A stretch of 60,693 nt of DNA, filler included, from Basidiobolus ranarum (taxonomy: Eukaryota), in NCBI GenBank assembly GCA_040143965.1. It is 6 parts of 6 records of this genome, joined end to end, with 100 filler letters (N's around TTAATTAATTAA, not from the genome) between each part and the next. Parts side by side here need not be neighbours in the genome. Positions count along the whole stretch, not along the records: positions 1 to 10,047 come from JASJQH010007624.1; positions 10,148 to 20,191 come from JASJQH010007625.1; 4 more parts are not named here. One strand, given 5' to 3'. This document shows, in pieces, positions 1 to 14,978 of this stretch; the first letter of the stretch is position 1; every line of letters starts with the position of its first letter. Below the pieces are notes generated by a model. It was not told the origin of the DNA. It saw only the letters and a program-made list of their open reading frames with translations, and searched no databases. A program made the position numbers and the translations under genes.

Positions 1-190
1 CTGGCCAGAAAGTACACCCAAGTATACTTTGTCTTATCATCAATAAAGGTCATAAAATACCTTTTTCCACCTAAGGATTTTGTCTGCATTGGGCCACACA
101 GATCTGAGTGTTTCAGGCCCAATTTTTGATCAATTTTGCTCCTTTGAGAGCCCACAAACGGCTATCCGTGTTGCCTACCATAGGCATTTT
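1..190 (-). mobile_element. Ty1/copia retrotransposon integrase fragment (degenerate, cut by contig start)
   Basis: Manual minus-strand translation AYGRQHG*PFVGSQRSKIDQKLGLKHSDLCGPMQTKSLGGKRYFMTFIDDKTKYTWVYFLA matches the copia integrase core start (HSDLCGPM...SLGG.RYF.TFIDD...TWVYFL). One in-frame stop. Confidence 0.9.
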
Positions 191-1614
191 TGAACACGAA
201 ATGATCTCAAATTTAAATATATTTTTGACGAGGAAATATTGAGCAATAGCTATGATATATACAGTTGGATGGTCAAGTTATTGCAATAAGTATATCCACA
301 ACCATTAAGCTTTTATGTTGCTACATGAAGGGAAAGCTAACATGCTAAAAATAAGCAGATACATAAGTTGGATCAACAGCCCCGATACAAATGATCAAAT
401 ATAACCCTAACCCTTGAGACATCAACCTCAAGGTTCATGGTATTTTAGGGTATATACTTCTATATATTCCTCCATTGTTAGCGATTATATCACTAACAAG
501 TACTTTGACATATTTTAGGGTACATTTAACATGCAAATGATTGGCGCTTCACTAATTTTTATGAAGAGACAGTTCGATTATTTGCTTATTGCCTCTCGAC
601 CTTATGGCGCATGCGTCGTCAATTCATTATTTCTAACCAGACTGCAACACCAGAATGAATACCCCATTTTCATATGATGTAGCTCTGAAGAGAAAAAAGG
701 TTAAAAGATAATAGAGCTGGTGTATTGGATTAGCGTGAAATATTGTTCCAGAATCAGTTCTTCCATCGGACTTTGAATCACTGTTTGTTATTCAGTTTTT
801 TAGAGTTGGCATGACTCCAGTGACTGTTGTATAAAGAAATCTGAGTTGATCATATATAACCTAAAGAGCTGTATCCAGAAATGCAGCAATGTTCAAGGGC
901 AATTGAATGGAGATTGCTTGGTTGACATGGGCGATGTTTTGGCAATCCCGTGGAAAGACAGCTGGGGCATATCGCTTACGGTTAAATAGGTTGAACGTCA
1001 CTTCTCCCCATGAATCACCTAAAACAGAATATAAGCAACAGACACAAAAGCATGCTCAGTATGTCCGCATGAGAGCCTAGTCATGTGGAGGAAAGTGACA
1101 CACCTCTGGGTGAAGTCAGTCCATCCCATTTCCCATCATACAGTGATCTAACCCCATCAGAATCCATCACTAGTTTACTGTGACATCCAACCGAAATATT
1201 CGATATGGATGTTGGATTGACGTTTTCCATTTCATTCCCAGATCTTTAATGGGATTAACGTTGCAGATTTTCGTTCCCTAATGCTAAATGGAGATATCAT
1301 CCGTCACATAATTCCGCCCATCTTTCCAAATTTAGGGAAGCGAAGGATCTTGAGTCGTTGAGTGGATCCAGATCCTGACTGGAAGTGTTTACATAATGAA
1401 GTAGCTGGTATCATAATTATACAATCATTTCCATTTTAAAGAAAATCATCAATCCATCGCCTCTTATAAAGTTCCGTCCCCACTAGATAGTCCATAAATA
1501 TTTTGTTGTCTGAATTCACTTCTCTGACCCTTTTTAATCGTGATTTACTGCCGCCTTTGCCCTCTGCGTAGCTTTTAACCTTCGTTTAGATCCTACATTA
1601 ATTTCGTAATAGAC

Positions 1615-3013
1615 ATGAAGCTTGTCACAATGTCAGTGTTCGTGGCTGCTTCTTTCGCAAGTGCCGAGAGCTTGGTTCGAATGAATCTACGTCGCGACTA
1701 CCAGGAAAATGATGGAAATCTTCTTAAAGCCTTGCAAACACAGTTGGACGGACTCCAGGCGAAATACCCGGAATACATCAAGCAAACTTCCTCCAGTATG
1801 AGTAAAAGAGATGAGAATTTGACAAATGATCAAGACTTGGCATATTATGGAGAGATCTCGGTCGGAACACCCCCGCAGTCGTTCAATGTGATTTTTGATA
1901 CTGGTAGCTCTGATCTGTGGATCCCTTCCGACAAATGTGTTTCAGCAGCATGTCGCAATCACAATAAGTTCAAAGACTCTGCCTCTTCCACCTTCCAAAC
2001 GAGTAACAAGCGATTCACTCTTAAATATGGCACAGGCGATCTGGAAGGTGTAGTTGCTCAGGATACTGTTAGCATCGGAAACATCACCATTGCTAGGCAA
2101 GATTTTGGTCTTGCATTGCGTGAGGCGTCCTTTTTTAGAAATGTCAAGGCGGATGGAATTTTGGGGCTGGGGTTCTCCACGATTAGCTCGATGAGAGTTG
2201 CTCCGGCTTTTTATAATATGATCTCACAAAAGCTTGTAAATCAAAGTATTTTTGGTGTCTCCTTAGGGTCGTATCCCGCCGGTGGCGAGATTACTTTTGG
2301 CGGAACTGATAGCAGACTTTATTCTGGGGATCTTCAATGGACCCCTGTGGTTCGGAAAGGTTATTGGGAAGTAGAATTGCAGTCGGTCACCATGGGAGAC
2401 TCTCAAATCCGTCTCCGCTCTAAAAGTGCAGCCATGGATACTGGGACTAGTTTGATAGCCATGCCAATAGATGAGGCGCGGGAAATCAATCGGTTATTAG
2501 GAGGTGTGTCCGCAAGTGGTACCCAGGGGATTTATGTTGTTCCATGTAAGGCCAATCTGCCTAACATTAGCTTCAAAATTGGCAATCAGCAGTATACGTT
2601 AACTCCAGAGCAATATATCATGCGTGACGTGAACTCATGTATCTCCACATTTACCGCCATTCAAGTAAATCAGGTAATGATTTTGACATAGTGATGGTTT
2701 GTTTAGTACTTGGTTAATCTTTTTTAAAACACCAGCCCATGTGGATTGTTGGAGATGTATTTCTGAGACAATATTACTCTGCATATGATGTGGAAAAAGG
2801 CCGAGTCGGTTTGGCACCGGTAACAATCTCCTTTCTTTATTGGTCATCATCAATACCTATTTAATGCTTCATTTACAGTCTGTTCACAACAAGGTTGCGC
2901 CTGGAGTTATTGGCAGTACTAATAGTGCAGGCGATGGTGGTCGAATTCCGAGTTTGTCCATCATTCTCATTACATCTGCTTCATTGGCATATGCATTTTT
3001 AAGCAGTACCTAA
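1615..3013 (+). CDS. Secreted pepsin-family (A1) aspartic protease with C-terminal GPI-anchor-like tail; 3 exons (1615-2673, 2736-2819, 2879-3013)
   Basis: Signal peptide, propeptide ending KR, catalytic DTGS and DTGT motifs, flap YGTG, DGILGLG. Spliced exon 2 gives [28 protein letters not shown]. Exon 3 ends [32 protein letters not shown]. Confidence 0.95.
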
Positions 3014-4246
3014 ATACTCAACAAAAGTAAGCCAGATTTTGCCGTATTTTAAACCTTGGATTCACTGAATATATTCCGATTCCTCTGGAACTCCACTTTG
3101 GAACGCTCATAATGGCACATTCATGTATACTCTAGAAAACCACATCAATTGACGATGTGTTACACATGCTATATCATCCACCAGTTTTATTTGCTGAAAA
3201 CCCTGAAATAAAAGCCACACTTGCCCTATTTGTCCTCATCATCATTAGCTTGGCGTGCAACCACAATCTTGGCGATCACCCGTACCACGTGAGAAGTCCT
3301 CCAAGAACACTCTGGACTTCAAATTTCCATGCCCTAGTCACAATCAAAAAAGGTTGGTTGATCTGACTTCTCGCATGCATAGAATAGAGCCTGATCATTA
3401 ACAATGGATAACATAACGATCATCCACATCACGTGCCTGCCAATACATCCCTGACGTTTTAGATGGAATGAATGATTGCATTAAATGAGGCTTCGATTTT
3501 CGAAGTGTTCTATTTATCCGTAAGTTTCAGTAACATCAAACACCGAGCAAGCCAATGATGGTTCCCAAACTGGGGAGATGAGAATAGGGAATTTGGACAT
3601 GGCATCTGTCTACAGCAACTAATACAGAGCATTTGCATCAATGTAAGGGGACAACAACCAGATCCTTGTAATACTAAACCCAGAATAAGCGATAACCCAT
3701 CGGGTGTTTGGAGTTTGTTCGATATAAAGATGGTGAATTCTTCTTTCGATAGTCAGGAATGATTGACGCTCCCCAAGGTCAATCCACTTTCTATTGGGAT
3801 TTGGAATGTTTCCTCAGTTGTTTAGAATGTCCTGTAGATCTGCGCCATTGGTTAATACTTCGATAAAGTTTCGCAATATAGATGACAGATGCCAAGTTTG
3901 TATAGATGCTATTCTTATTAGCTATTCTAAAAATAGTTTCAGATGGATGCTGCTATCTACCGACTTCTTTTCTACTTCTATTGCTACCGGAGTAGGGAAT
4001 ATGTAATTATGTACAACTTCAGAGCTTCTAATGACAATTCGTTGTGGATTTGTGGAACATCGATCAACCATTAATATCTGATCGCTTTTCTTCTAAATAT
4101 CGTTGTGCTGCTTGGTTCTCTCACAATCTTCGTTCCATTTTCTACATTATTTGCTACTTCGCTTTACCCTTGTAGCTCTAAAGGTGATTTATAGTTTCAA
4201 TGCCTAAACTGCTGCTACCATCAACTCAACTTGTTATTCAATAGAC

Positions 4247-5627
4247 ATGCAAAACCAACGTGAGAGAGACCTGGAAATGGGAAGCCTCAAAAAAGGGTTT
4301 CCCGGAGTCATCCCGCTTGATGATTTTTACAATGAGGTTTTTATGGATCTCATCGTTGCAAATCTACTGTAAGTACTAAAGTGACTTTCGTGTAGGTCCA
4401 AACCATCGATAATTTCATCAAAGCCATCAATGAGAATGTTAGAACCATTGAGGATCTTCACATTCGCTCCTTAGATCTCGCTAGTAATGAAGAATCGGCT
4501 CGTATGTTCATTTTTTCTGATTACTTCGTTGTTACAGGACTATGGATGGTTTACTAAAACAATTGTGCATTAGAAAACTCCCGTGCGTTGGATAAAATAA
4601 TTAGTGATACTAGACTACGGTTAATTGACACCAAAAATCGCCTCCGAGGTTGGTTGTAAAGGAGTATCGTTCACCACATGTCCTGTATTCATCAAAGCAT
4701 TTGCTGAATTTTAGCAATGGAAGCAAACAATATGAAAATTGGTGCCTCTGCTGATGCACAGATAAGAAAGAATCGGGTATGGATGAGAGGCTTCTTTTCT
4801 TGCTTTAACAAACACCCATTTACGTTGAATTTCAATTTCGTTTCTATAGCACGCTGCCCTTAAAACAAAATTCATGGATTCTTTGAGGAGTTATCAAAAC
4901 GTCGAAATTAAATATAAGGAGAAATATCGTCAAATGATGGAGAGGCAAATTCGAATTGGTTAGTATATTGGATCTTTCGCTCACTGGTCAAGCATTCTCA
5001 TCTAAACTTATTCATGGTTGATGTACACAGTAAATCCAAGTGCCACTGACGAAGAAATTGAAGCAGCCCTGGATAATGGGCAAGGAGGCGTGTTTGCTCA
5101 AGCAGTGCGTAATCTATTTTGTTCTTCTTTCTTACTACAGTGACTGACACAATTTATTTTTTCACCAGATCGTGAACTCCAATAGAACCACCGAGGCCCG
5201 AAATGTGTATAGAGCTGTTCAAGATCGCCACGATGATATTATGAAGATCGAAAAAACCATCATTGTATGTCCTCACACTTCCAAGTGGTAATAGTCAAAC
5301 TTCCACTAATCTTCATTTCAAACAAAAGGAACTTTCCAACTTATTCCAAGAAATGCAATTACTTGTGGAGGCGCAGGATGAGGTGGTTCATCAAATCGAA
5401 ACACAAATAGGTGAAGCTGTCATTCATACTGGTCAAGCTGACAAAGAACTAGGTGGGGCGGTTAATAATGCTACGAGTGCTAGAAAGGTTTGTCTTGTCA
5501 GAATTGGCATCATCTTACTCAATACTTAAATCTTATTTCCGTTAATTAGAAACGATGGTGTATACTCATCACTGTCATCATCCTTATCATCGCCATTGCC
5601 TTGGTGATCTACTTCCAAGTTAGATGA
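4247..5627 (+). CDS. Plasma-membrane-type syntaxin (Sso1/2-like Qa-SNARE), multi-exon
   Basis: Spliced translation starts MQNQRERDLEMG. It includes KFMDSLRSYQNVEIKYKEKYRQMMERQIRI, the SNARE motif AVQDRHDDIMKIEKTII/ELSNLFQEMQLLVEAQDEVVHQIE and a terminal TM anchor KRWCILITVIILIIAIALVIYFQVR*. All introns are GT-AG. Confidence 0.92.
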
Positions 5628-6108
5628 CCACTGTCAGTAGCATTACAGTAGTTGCGCCTAATATAATGTTTAAACTTATACAATACATGCATATATGAAA
5701 TATTAATTTACATCTCATTTTGGATTCAAACAAACAATAAATCTCTGCCAAAAATCTTACACCAAATCCCCTAAAGATCTACAGGTTCATGTTGGTATCG
5801 GGAACATGAACAAGAGATTCTTCGGCTGCAAGTTGGAAGTCAATGTGCTAACTTCAGAGGATGGTACAAAACAGCTTTAGATGTCAAACTGAGCTCCTAG
5901 CATATTCGAGCGGATTTCGGTGGAAGTATTGGGCACTGAAAATAATGCCAACAAGGGTGTCTAACCAGGGCTTTGAGGCTGGTAGGACAAGGCTATTTAA
6001 CAACTAGATGTTAAAATCTAGAGTTTTGATGTGTTTATTCGGAACAATGGCGTATAGAATAGTTTTTTAATACCGTGATCTCATATGCTCAACGGTAGTT
6101 ATTCATTT

Positions 6109-6977
6109 TTACAGCTTGGCCTTTTGGAAGCCTTTAAGAACAGTGTCAAGTTTGGTAGCCAATATCATGGAACCCTTAAATGTTAATTTACCTTCCATAA
6201 AGGCTTTTTGTCCATTTAGTCTTCCTGAACTCAAATCTACAAAATCCTTATCACTAGCGCTGATCACAACATCAGGTTTCTGGGGTGGCTTCATAGGGCC
6301 TAGGATAAGTTCGCTATTACCATCCTTCATTTTTAGAGTCCAAGATTGCACCTTTCCTTCCACATTCTCGATATCGATCTGAAATATTCCTTGGACCTTC
6401 TGAATATTGTCTTTGCGTTGTTGAGAAAAAGAACTCATTCCGGACTTGATTCGGTCAAATACGGCAGAAGCCTGGAAGCCATCGACTACCACCAGTTCTG
6501 ACTCTGGCTTACCATTGGGAGTAGACGATCTGGGCATATAATTGACCTTTTTTGCGTCATTTAAGACACTATCCAGTTTGGTAGCCAGCATCATTGATCC
6601 TTTGAATTTTAATTTACCTTGCATGTAGGCTTTGGTAGAATCTAATTTTCCAGAAGCAAGGTCAGCGAAGACATCGTCGCTGAGAGTGAGAAGAACATCC
6701 GGAGTTCCACCAGGTTTCCCGGTATTTACTGTTCCTTGTTTCTTGAGGTCCATAGACCAAGTCTGCACCTTTCCTTCATTATTCTTGATATCAAACTGAA
6801 ATATCCCCTTGGTCTAATTTACAATGTTACATGAGAAACCTGCAATGAAATGACAGACCAACATTAGCATACCTTCTCAATGGTAACTTGCTTCTGGACA
6901 TCATTTTGGTCTTCAATAGTAGCTTTAAGTTTCTCGAAGATAGGAGACCTCTTGAGCCCGGGGACGCTTACAAGCAT
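6109..6977 (-). CDS. Peroxisomal lipid-binding protein with two tandem SCP2 (sterol carrier protein 2) domains, PTS1 -AKL
   Basis: Exon 1 6977-6873 (MLVSVPGLKRSPIFEKL...), intron 6872-6814, exon 2 to 6109. Two repeats of GIFQ(F/I)DI.N.EGKVQ.W...PDV...SD.DF..L.SG.L...KA(Y/F)M.GKL.FKGSM.LATKLD.VL. Ends AKL*. Confidence 0.9.
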
Positions 6978-7943
6978 AGATGTGAGTTGTGCTATAGATA
7001 TTTAAAGACGCGTGGAAGAAGCAATTGGAAATGCCTCTCATACTTATAGTTCCCTCTCCCATCCCAAAGCTTTGACAACGGAAAATTTCATTCACGTGCT
7101 GGACAGTCATCCGGCAACAAAATAACCAATTGAAGATGTCAAAGACCTTAGGCAATAGATGCAAGCAAGCCATAGAGTTCATGTACCAATTATAAATTCG
7201 TTACTTTTCTCAGACACTTGATGCATATCAGGCCCGGAAATTAGCATTTGTTACGAGCCTTTTCAAACTTACCAATTTTTTCATACTATTGAGTTATATC
7301 TAAGAACTATCTATCGAGCAAAGCGTAAACTACTACAGATATCAGATGGTTTACAAAACTTGGCCGAACATTCACTAAACTAACTCTGCTTCAAAGTGTG
7401 TGTGTGGATGTGCTGGGGTCAGCATGAGAAGCAAAATGCAAGACTCTACTCAGATATGATATGTTTATGAAGTGCCACATAACAAAGTAGGCTCTACTGA
7501 GCTGATTCGAGAAGACCTTAGACAAATACAATGGGGCATCCTGCGAACTCGCCATTGGCCACGAGACTGTGGTTTAGTTTCAACGTTGAGTTTCTGAATT
7601 TGCAATCATAGTGTAGGGTACACTTAGCAATAGTAAATATATACTGAAACAGTACAGAAGCTTTTAATATTCAATTTATACTCGTCAAATGATTTGAAAT
7701 CCATTGGCATCTTCAATTTATTCTCATACTCTTACCTGTAGAATGTTAAAAATGTGTCTTGGACTAAAGAACCCTTACGCCAGTATCGAAAATAAATATA
7801 CGGGAATTTTTGTTAAAGAGCAGAATATGAACTACTTTCACAGTCAAACATCGGATTCGTTCGATTGCTCAAATAAATGACCAGCTTTCACAAAATAGGC
7901 AGATATCGTAAGCGAATTTGAAGTGTTTTGATTGAATCCATTT

Positions 7944-8594
7944 TCACCAGATAGCGTTGCCAAAGATCAAATCATCTGGATCATCATGATTGTAGCAGCT
8001 CAGCTTCCCTCTGACATAACTTTTAAATATACTATATAACTTTTCTTCTAGCTGGTTGCTGTTTCCAAATTTCTCTTCTACATCGGTGAATGCGATTCTC
8101 TCAAAATTGATCCGAAATTTTTCGGAGAAAGTGTATGCAAACCAACGGTGATGCGTTTCAATCAAGTAGGGCTCGAAGGACTCAACAAGCCGATGCAACG
8201 AGTTCCAGTCTTGCTCTTTATGGACGAAAAGCTTGTTACGTAAAGCGTATGGTAAAAGTGTGGCGTAATGGACAACTCGCATGTCATAAACTGTGCGCCA
8301 ACCCGCCGAGGTGAAATCTAATAAAGGCGGCGCTGTGGCTTCTACATAGCTGAGAATAAAACCATCCTCCAAGGGTATCTCCAACTGGTTTGCCATTGCC
8401 AAGCCTTTCGAAGGCCAATTTCTGCAGTTAGAAAAATACCATTTCTTTACAAACTTACGACTCCCTAGTGATTCGTATAAAAATTCGCAGCTAAGACGTA
8501 AGGAGCGAATATCACCCCAATCAGTTACAGAGAATGCTACCATATGTAAAATTTCCAAAGGAAGTTGAATTAATGAAAGTGGCTTTGAAGTCAT
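7944..8594 (-). CDS. F-box domain protein, intronless, C-terminal region unassigned
   Basis: N-terminal SLIQLPLEILHMVAFSVTDWGDIRSLRLSCEFLYE fits the F-box consensus. Uninterrupted 216-aa ORF. Confidence 0.75.
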   Translation of the reverse strand: MTSKPLSLIQLPLEILHMVAFSVTDWGDIRSLRLSCEFLYESLGSRKFVKKWYFSNCRNWPSKGLAMANQLEIPLEDGFILSYVEATAPPLLDFTSAGWRTVYDMRVVHYATLLPYALRNKLFVHKEQDWNSLHRLVESFEPYLIETHHRWFAYTFSEKFRINFERIAFTDVEEKFGNSNQLEEKLYSIFKSYVRGKLSCYNHDDPDDLIFGNAIW

Positions 8595-10047
8595 TTTTAG
8601 TTTTGCGAGTATGTGCAGTTAAAGATACGACAAGTTTACAGAAGTATGATTGTGCTTACTAGCTCAATGTGACTGGCAAAATAGGGGCTCACTATTCGAG
8701 ACTTCTACCAATTAGGATTCGAAGATTTATAAGGTCACATTACTGCCGAGCGCAGCGACTGTGAAATTTTACCAAGTAAAATAAGGAATTGATGGAATCA
8801 ATTAAGTATCATTAAATTATATATAGAATAGGTTATATATTTGACCAATTATCTGCATTTCTGAATTTCGATAAATGATCGTTTTATGATGGGATATGGA
8901 CCGAAATCTCGATGAATTCCAAGAAATGCATGATGGCTCATTTATTCCAGAACATAAGAATCGAAGTTGTGCAATATTAGAGTCTTCAGCTCAATCAAAT
9001 TGTTGAATACTTACAAGCATAGAAATATGTTTAATACATCCATGTGGCACTCTTATCCCTGCTAAGCTGAGCACTTGTACGAGTACACCAGCACTCTTTT
9101 GTATTTATAGAAGCAATATCTATGGAATATGTATTTTACTTGTAACCATGGTATATTCCAAGTTATCAGTTGGGGGTATTGTGCCTTGATTAATCCAAGC
9201 TCCTATTTCTCAACTCCAGCAGACAGACCCGAGAAGAAAAACATAGTAGCTAATGTCATGACACAAATAGCCTCCGAAAAGACAAGGAGTCTCAAGTGAG
9301 TATCTACATAGATACTGTGTAATCATTATCTCGTAATTACGAAAGATGTTTTCAACATCATCGTTAGAAAGTTATATGGCGTTCATCGTGGTGAAGACAA
9401 TGATATGATTCTATGCAGCGTACCGCTCTACCTACGTACTCTGATGATGATTGAAATATCGCACGTATTCATCACCTAGATGGGGTTTGGATTGAAGCCC
9501 CCAAAGTTCATTTAATGCAGTGAACAGCTTTCTACTGATACAATACATGATTCTTCAGTATATTAATTGACGGCGGCTCAGTGTTTCGGGTTTATTCGAA
9601 AAGAGCTTGGAAACACTTTTACATAGTTTTCTTATTTATCTTACTTTGCAAACTTCGAAGGTTGATACCATGCAGTTGATGCTCATCAATGACAGACAAA
9701 CCCATTCAAGGTGCGTAAGCAGGGTCCAACCTTCTCTATTTATATATAATTCTCAATGCCAGCCATTGAGTCAGCCATGAGACCAAGTGATTCTATTGAA
9801 CCAAATGGAAGCAGAACAATGAATACGTGCACTTTGATTTTCTACTGCAAATACAACCATTACGATGCTAGAACGGGGCTAAATGCAAACATGTGAAACT
9901 GTCATAGTATTTAACTATATTGACGAATAAACGGCCCACTTTTGGTTTGCTCCTCTTCTATTTTGAGCACCCGATTAATGAATTGGTTTCAGCCAGATGG
10001 TCCTCTTCGATGTGGTGTATTATCTAGATCATAACACAGCATGGCTT

Positions 10048-10147
10048 NNNNNNNNNNNNNNNNNNNNNNNNNNNNNNNNNNNNNNNNNNNNTTAATTAAT
10101 TAANNNNNNNNNNNNNNNNNNNNNNNNNNNNNNNNNNNNNNNNNNNN
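10048..10147. other. Artificial 100-nt contig spacer (N-run/TTAATTAATTAA/N-run)
   Basis: The same spacer recurs five times. The core has stops in all six frames. Confidence 0.98.
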
Positions 10148-14249
<4,102 letters not shown>

Positions 14250-14705
14250 TGGTTTTTGATTGTGTCAAAATACTCTACACAACCTTTCACTCACTGGATC
14301 GAGGGAATAAACTTATCGGCAAAATACACTCCACAACTATAGCCTATTTAGTAATCTAAAGCTATAGTAAAAGCAAATAAATAACGGAAAACAAATACGC
14401 GCACAGGAAAAGGTTCAAAAAGTCGCGAACTTCGTCAATTACAAAAACTCAATACTTCTTGTTTTTATTTGAATGTATTTAATGAATCCATTGAATTTGA
14501 GATGCAAAGATCACTCGAGCATCTAGAAAAATTCATATAAAATATTCGATGTAATTAGGATTAATTAGGATGAAATAATCCATTGATTGCTTGGGTCTTT
14601 GTTCGAAACCATTAATTTTGACAACGATAGACAAATATGATAGGCTGATACTTCTGTCAATTTTATCTAATTCACCGGACTTATGCTGTATTTCGCTTTT
14701 TTATT

Positions 14706-14978
14706 ATGTTAATTCACGATTTTCGAATTCTGGCTCTTCTATTTCCCATAATTCTACTACTAAATCAATTTTCCAGTTCGAAGACACGGAGATCGAAACT
14801 TACACAAGTGTGTCAAAACATGTTCAGACCAATTTGTATTTGTGTAGGAAAGCAACTACTAGACCATCCCGTAGATCCACCTGCGCCGGACTGTGGAACT
14901 ATATGTGAGATGATGGGGCTGTGGAGGATTTGCTCAACTCTACGGTCTTGTACTGTATATTCCAGCCAAATAGTTTGA
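14706..14978 (+). CDS. Possible small secreted cysteine-rich protein (uncertain)
   Basis: ATG-initiated 90-aa ORF with a hydrophobic N-terminus (ILALLFPIILLL) and 7 Cys, divergent from the SNF2 gene. An overlapping ORF in another frame weakens the call. Confidence 0.25.
   Translation: MLIHDFRILALLFPIILLLNQFSSSKTRRSKLTQVCQNMFRPICICVGKQLLDHPVDPPAPDCGTICEMMGLWRICSTLRSCTVYSSQIV

Noticed and set aside
401-520. Telomeric repeats (AACCCTAACCC, TTTAGGG)
   Set aside because: Isolated one- or two-unit matches, not an array.
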